Origin: Halocafeteria seosinensis
Taxonomy: Eukaryota
DNA length: 50,899 nt
Assembly (NCBI GenBank): GCA_001687465.1
Contig: LVLI01000638.1
Span: 1 to 50,899 of the forward strand
Direction of reading: 5' to 3'
Part shown: piece by piece, positions 47,076 to 50,899 of the stretch
Position numbering within the stretch: the first letter of the stretch is position 1
Layout: every line of letters starts with the position of its first letter
Translations under genes and position numbers: made by a program
Notes under the pieces: model-generated
What the model was told of the DNA's origin: nothing
Database searches by the model: none
What the model saw: the letters and a program-made list of their open reading frames with translations, nothing else

Positions 47076-49552
47076 ATGCATCGTCGTCTTCTACAACCTC
47101 TGGCGCATCGCGCGCCTTTGAAGAGCACATTGATGCCTCATTCATCCCTCTTTCATGCCCGAGCTGCTTCTTCATATTCATCATCGTCCAGTAATAACCC
47201 TCTGTATGCCGTGGGAGCAACAGGAGCTGCTGTTTTGATGTGCTTATTGAGCGACAGTGACGAACAAAATACTCGATGTGATGCTTCTAAGGATTACGAT
47301 GTGGTTCCAATCAAGTAAGTACACGTCGGAAGAAAGCTAGCGGCGTAGCAATTGAATGTACGTCTGTATTTGGTCATCGTGTTGGGGAATTGCAGGTGCG
47401 CTGATGGAAGCGAAGTTCGACCCTGGTCCTGCCCGAAACGCTCCGAACAAATCAAGAGGCTCCAGAACGAAAAGTTTGATGTCCTGGTCATTGGAGGGGG
47501 CTGTGTCGGTGCTGGTGTTGCTTTGGAAGGAAGCACCCGAGGTCTGAAAGTGGGAATGATTGAAAGGAGTGACATCGCGGCAGGTACTTCTGGAAGGTCG
47601 ACAAAATTGATTCACGGAGGTATTCGATACTTGGAAACTGCATTCAAAAAGCTGGATTATGAAAGTTATGAACTCGTTAAAGAGGCACTCCATGAACGTG
47701 CCCATTTGATGAACGCTGCACCATTCATGGCGAAGCCTCTTCCTATCATGATACCCCTGTATAAATGGTGGGAAGTGCCGTACATGTGGGCGGGCGCGAA
47801 GGTGTATGATATCATTGCTGGATCCAATCGCTATGTTCCCAAGAGTCACTACATGGGGAAGGTACGTGCTATTTCTCATTATCGCTTGTTGCTGAGACTT
47901 GTGGTGGATGTGCTTGCTCTGACCAACAGGACGAGGCGATGTACCAGTTCCCAATGCTTCGAAAGCAGGGATTAAAGGGAGCAATCGTCTACTATGACGG
48001 GCAACATAACGACACCCGCATGAATATTCTCATTGCGTTGACGGCGGCCCAGAGCGGAGCCGCAACAGCGAACTATGTGGAAGCGAAAGAGTTACTAAAG
48101 GAAAAAACTCAGAGTCCGGACGGAGAAACCACCGAGAAAATCGTCGGTGTTCGTGCAAGAGATGTACTCACAGGAGAAGAATGGGACATCCGCTCTAAAG
48201 TAGTTGTGAACGCTACTGGGCCTTTTGCAGACAAGATTCGCAAGATGGATGACCCGTCAACACCCGAAGCAATTGTTCCTGCTGCGGGTGTGCACACCAT
48301 CATTCCGGATCACTTTTCTCCTGATAGGTGAGAATGCAATGATATTATTACAATACAATACTTCCATTTATTGGTATTTTATACCTGCAGGATGGGACTC
48401 ATTGTTCCGAAGACTAAGGATGGGCGCGTCCTATTCTTCCTCCCTTGGGAAGGATCCACCATTTGCGGAACTACCGACAGCCGCAGCGATCTGACCATGT
48501 ACCCTTCTCCCTTGGAGCAAGATATTCAGTTCATACTCGATGAGAGTAACAGGTACGCTTCTAGCGTCATGCCAGTCTTGGTTCCCAGACTTGAGTTTTC
48601 TTGCGTGTTGATATCAGATTTTTATCCAAACGTGTGAACCGTTCTGATGTGAAGTCCGCCTGGTCAGGTCTACGCCCACTTGTGAGAGACAACAAGCAAA
48701 TCAAGCAGCTCAAAGAAGAGAAAATCAAAGCTATTGAACAAGGCAGACTTGAGGAATGGCTCAAAGAACAGGAACAAAAGACTACGGATACCAAAGGGTT
48801 TACGCGAAAGGTAAGAAGTACCGCAATTTTGCCTTGTACTGTCAATCGTTTACTTCGACATTCTAGTGCTAAATTTGCAGCATGTAGTGGAAGTTACTGA
48901 TTCAGGATTGATATCTATCATGGGAGGAAAATGGACGACGTACAGACAAATGGCGGAAGATGCCATAGGAGCCATCGGGACGCATCCTCAGACATTTCCA
49001 AACATGAATGTGGAACCTAGCCAGAGCGCTGCTATGAAGTTCGTAGGGGCCGATCGTGCGGGTGTAGTCGCCAACCAGAACTTCGATCGGATCACCGTAA
49101 CGCTGAGAGAAAAATATGACTTCGACAAAGATGTTGCATTGCATCTTGTGAGCAACTATGGCACGCGCGCACTGCAGGTAGCCGAGCTAGCAACTGGGGA
49201 AAGAAACCTCAGCGAGGCGTACAAGAAAGATCTCTCGTCTCGTATGTTCCGAAAATATCCATTTGTTTGGGGTGAAGTCATCTTCGCTGTTGAGCAAGAG
49301 TATGCTCGGACTCCCGTAGACTTTCTAGCAAGACGAACCCGCATTGTTTATTTGGATACGGAGGCTGCCAAATGCTGCGTCGATGAGGTGATCAGACTAA
49401 TGGGCGAAAAACTAGGGTAAGTTTGTACCGGCGTATAGAGTATATTGCTCGTGATGACTTACGGTGGAAAGTAATAAGTATGCAGGTGGTCGAACGCTGA
49501 AAAAAAGAGACAGCGTGCAGAATTCGATGACTTTGTGAAGACATTCGAATAA
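47076..49552 (+). CDS. GPD2: Mitochondrial FAD-dependent glycerol-3-phosphate dehydrogenase; 7 exons
   Basis: Arg/Ser-rich presequence; FDVLVIGGGCVGAGVAL, GTSGRSTKLIHGGIRYL, YYDGQHNDTR, VVNATGPFAD, DGRVLFFLPW, SAWSGLRPLV, GGKWTTYRQMAED, DFLARRTR. Confidence 0.95.
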
Positions 49553-49626
49553 AGCCGGATTCGGTACCTTCGCACCAAGTCACAATGAGGTATCGAACGC
49601 ATGATCTCCACTGGGAGGAGCTGCGT

Positions 49627-50597
49627 TTAGCCCTTTCTCCGCGTCATGTGATCATAAATAACGACCTGTACATATTCGTCCGTCTCTATCTCTGTTCTCG
49701 TGGAGTTGTCTCCCGGGCTTGCCTGTTACTCGTAGAATACCAGCTTTTGAATTCTCTCTTTGTTACCTAAATGTAACGATACATACCTTCGGATCCACAT
49801 TAAGGACTTTGCGGTCCCGCTTATTCTTGAATAACAATCCAGTTTCATTATCAGCAATCACTTGAAAGTTTGGCGATGAATTGCTTGTAGATGTTTGTGT
49901 TTCCCAGTTATAGTAACTGAGATCCGATGCCTTTGGCATCAACCGCTTCTTTCCTGTGTGGTGCAAATACGATCTAGACATAGGAGCGTGTTGGATACAG
50001 ACCAAAGCGTCCTTACCTTCAAAGTACGGCTCAAAATTTTCCGATTTGAGTCTGTGCGCGAAGTCAATGTATCCACTAACTTCTTGATTTTTTGAATTAT
50101 AGTCCCGCAAAAAGAGGATGGACTGTAATAATACGTAGGCACAAAGTTTACAATGCGCTATTGCAGCTATGAAAGACACTCCAACTACGTACCGTAAGTT
50201 TTCCATTTCTCACGAGTTCTTCTCTGTTTGACAACGCTTGTAAGAGAGGTCTATTGGTTAAGTTTTTACCTAAACCGGCCAGAGGCTTGGGTACATGCTC
50301 CTTATGCATATGTTTATCGCGTTCTGCCTTCTTTCGGGTCTCGAACTCCTCCCGTTTCAGCGCGTCTCCGTCACCTCGGAGGCCGAGTTCCACCAAATGC
50401 CGAGCTAAATCTTCATCGCCTAGGTAGTATAAATCTAAATCTGTAACTTGACTGTCTAAATAGTCCTCATAGGTACGAAATGTGGATATAGGACGCTTGG
50501 AACCTCCTCCATCCTGCTGTGTTTGCTGGGACTGTTGCGGTTGCTGCTGCCCCTCTCCCCCTTCCTGCTTGCCGTTTTCCATGGTATTTCCTTCCAT
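49627..50597 (-). CDS. CFAP299: Cilia- and flagella-associated protein 299 (C4orf22 family); 4 exons
   Basis: [41 protein letters not shown]...[40 protein letters not shown], last exon PGDNSTR...[15 protein letters not shown]. Confidence 0.92.
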
Positions 50598-50899
50598 TGT
50601 ATATCAATCACTGTATTGAACTTCCCAAAAATGAATGAAACCGATGAATTAGCGACGTTTTCGTACATTGCACGCTTTAACGGGTAGTCTGCGGCGCTCT
50701 CTGCGCATACGTTGAAGAGAACTTCAACGAGACAATCTTTCCACACACTGAACTTCGGCTTGCTGCTTTTAGTCGAAGGCGACCTAACCACAACATACAT
50801 CAGCAGAATGCTTATTGATAAGCTACAATAAGTACTGTCTGTCAGGAGGAGTAGTAGCGTCCCGCGACAGTGTTGTGTATCTGTACTCATAGTGTAGCA

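Noticed and set aside
49954..50016. 21-aa insertion in CFAP299
   Set aside because: It is a 63-nt stop-free GT-AG intron; removal restores [13 protein letters not shown]

Overview
Gene-dense eukaryotic nuclear DNA with short (mostly about 55-85 nt) GT-AG spliceosomal introns, so the supplied ORF track fragments most genes. It is probably from a flagellated protist (inferred from CFAP299 and a CIMIP1-like gene). About 21 protein genes were reconstructed by hand: B3GNTL1/QTGAL, XRN2, EB1, glycogen phosphorylase, SNF7, a bZIP factor, an HSF-type factor, FN3K, ASCC1, MRT4, mitochondrial GPD2, CFAP299, an ankyrin protein, a secreted UDP-GlcNAc-2-epimerase-like protein, a ~2830-aa propeller/solenoid protein and several orphans. 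Two things stand out. (1) A ~1.6 kb insertion at 16.7-18.3 kb is bracketed by copies of the perfect palindrome TACCCCTAGGGGTA. It carries convergent relics of a Ulp1/SENP-type protease and a virus-type GIY-YIG nuclease, the latter absent from the ORF track. (2) A two-exon gene at 38567-40884 fuses an Rtf1-type Plus3 domain to a Gig2/PARP-like ADP-ribosyltransferase with an intact H-Y-E triad; its catalytic exon is also absent from the ORF track. Also noted: a probable ~870 bp MITE and an in-frame TGA in an orphan gene. No rRNA, tRNA or CRISPR array was recognised. All family calls come from motif recognition by eye, not database searches.
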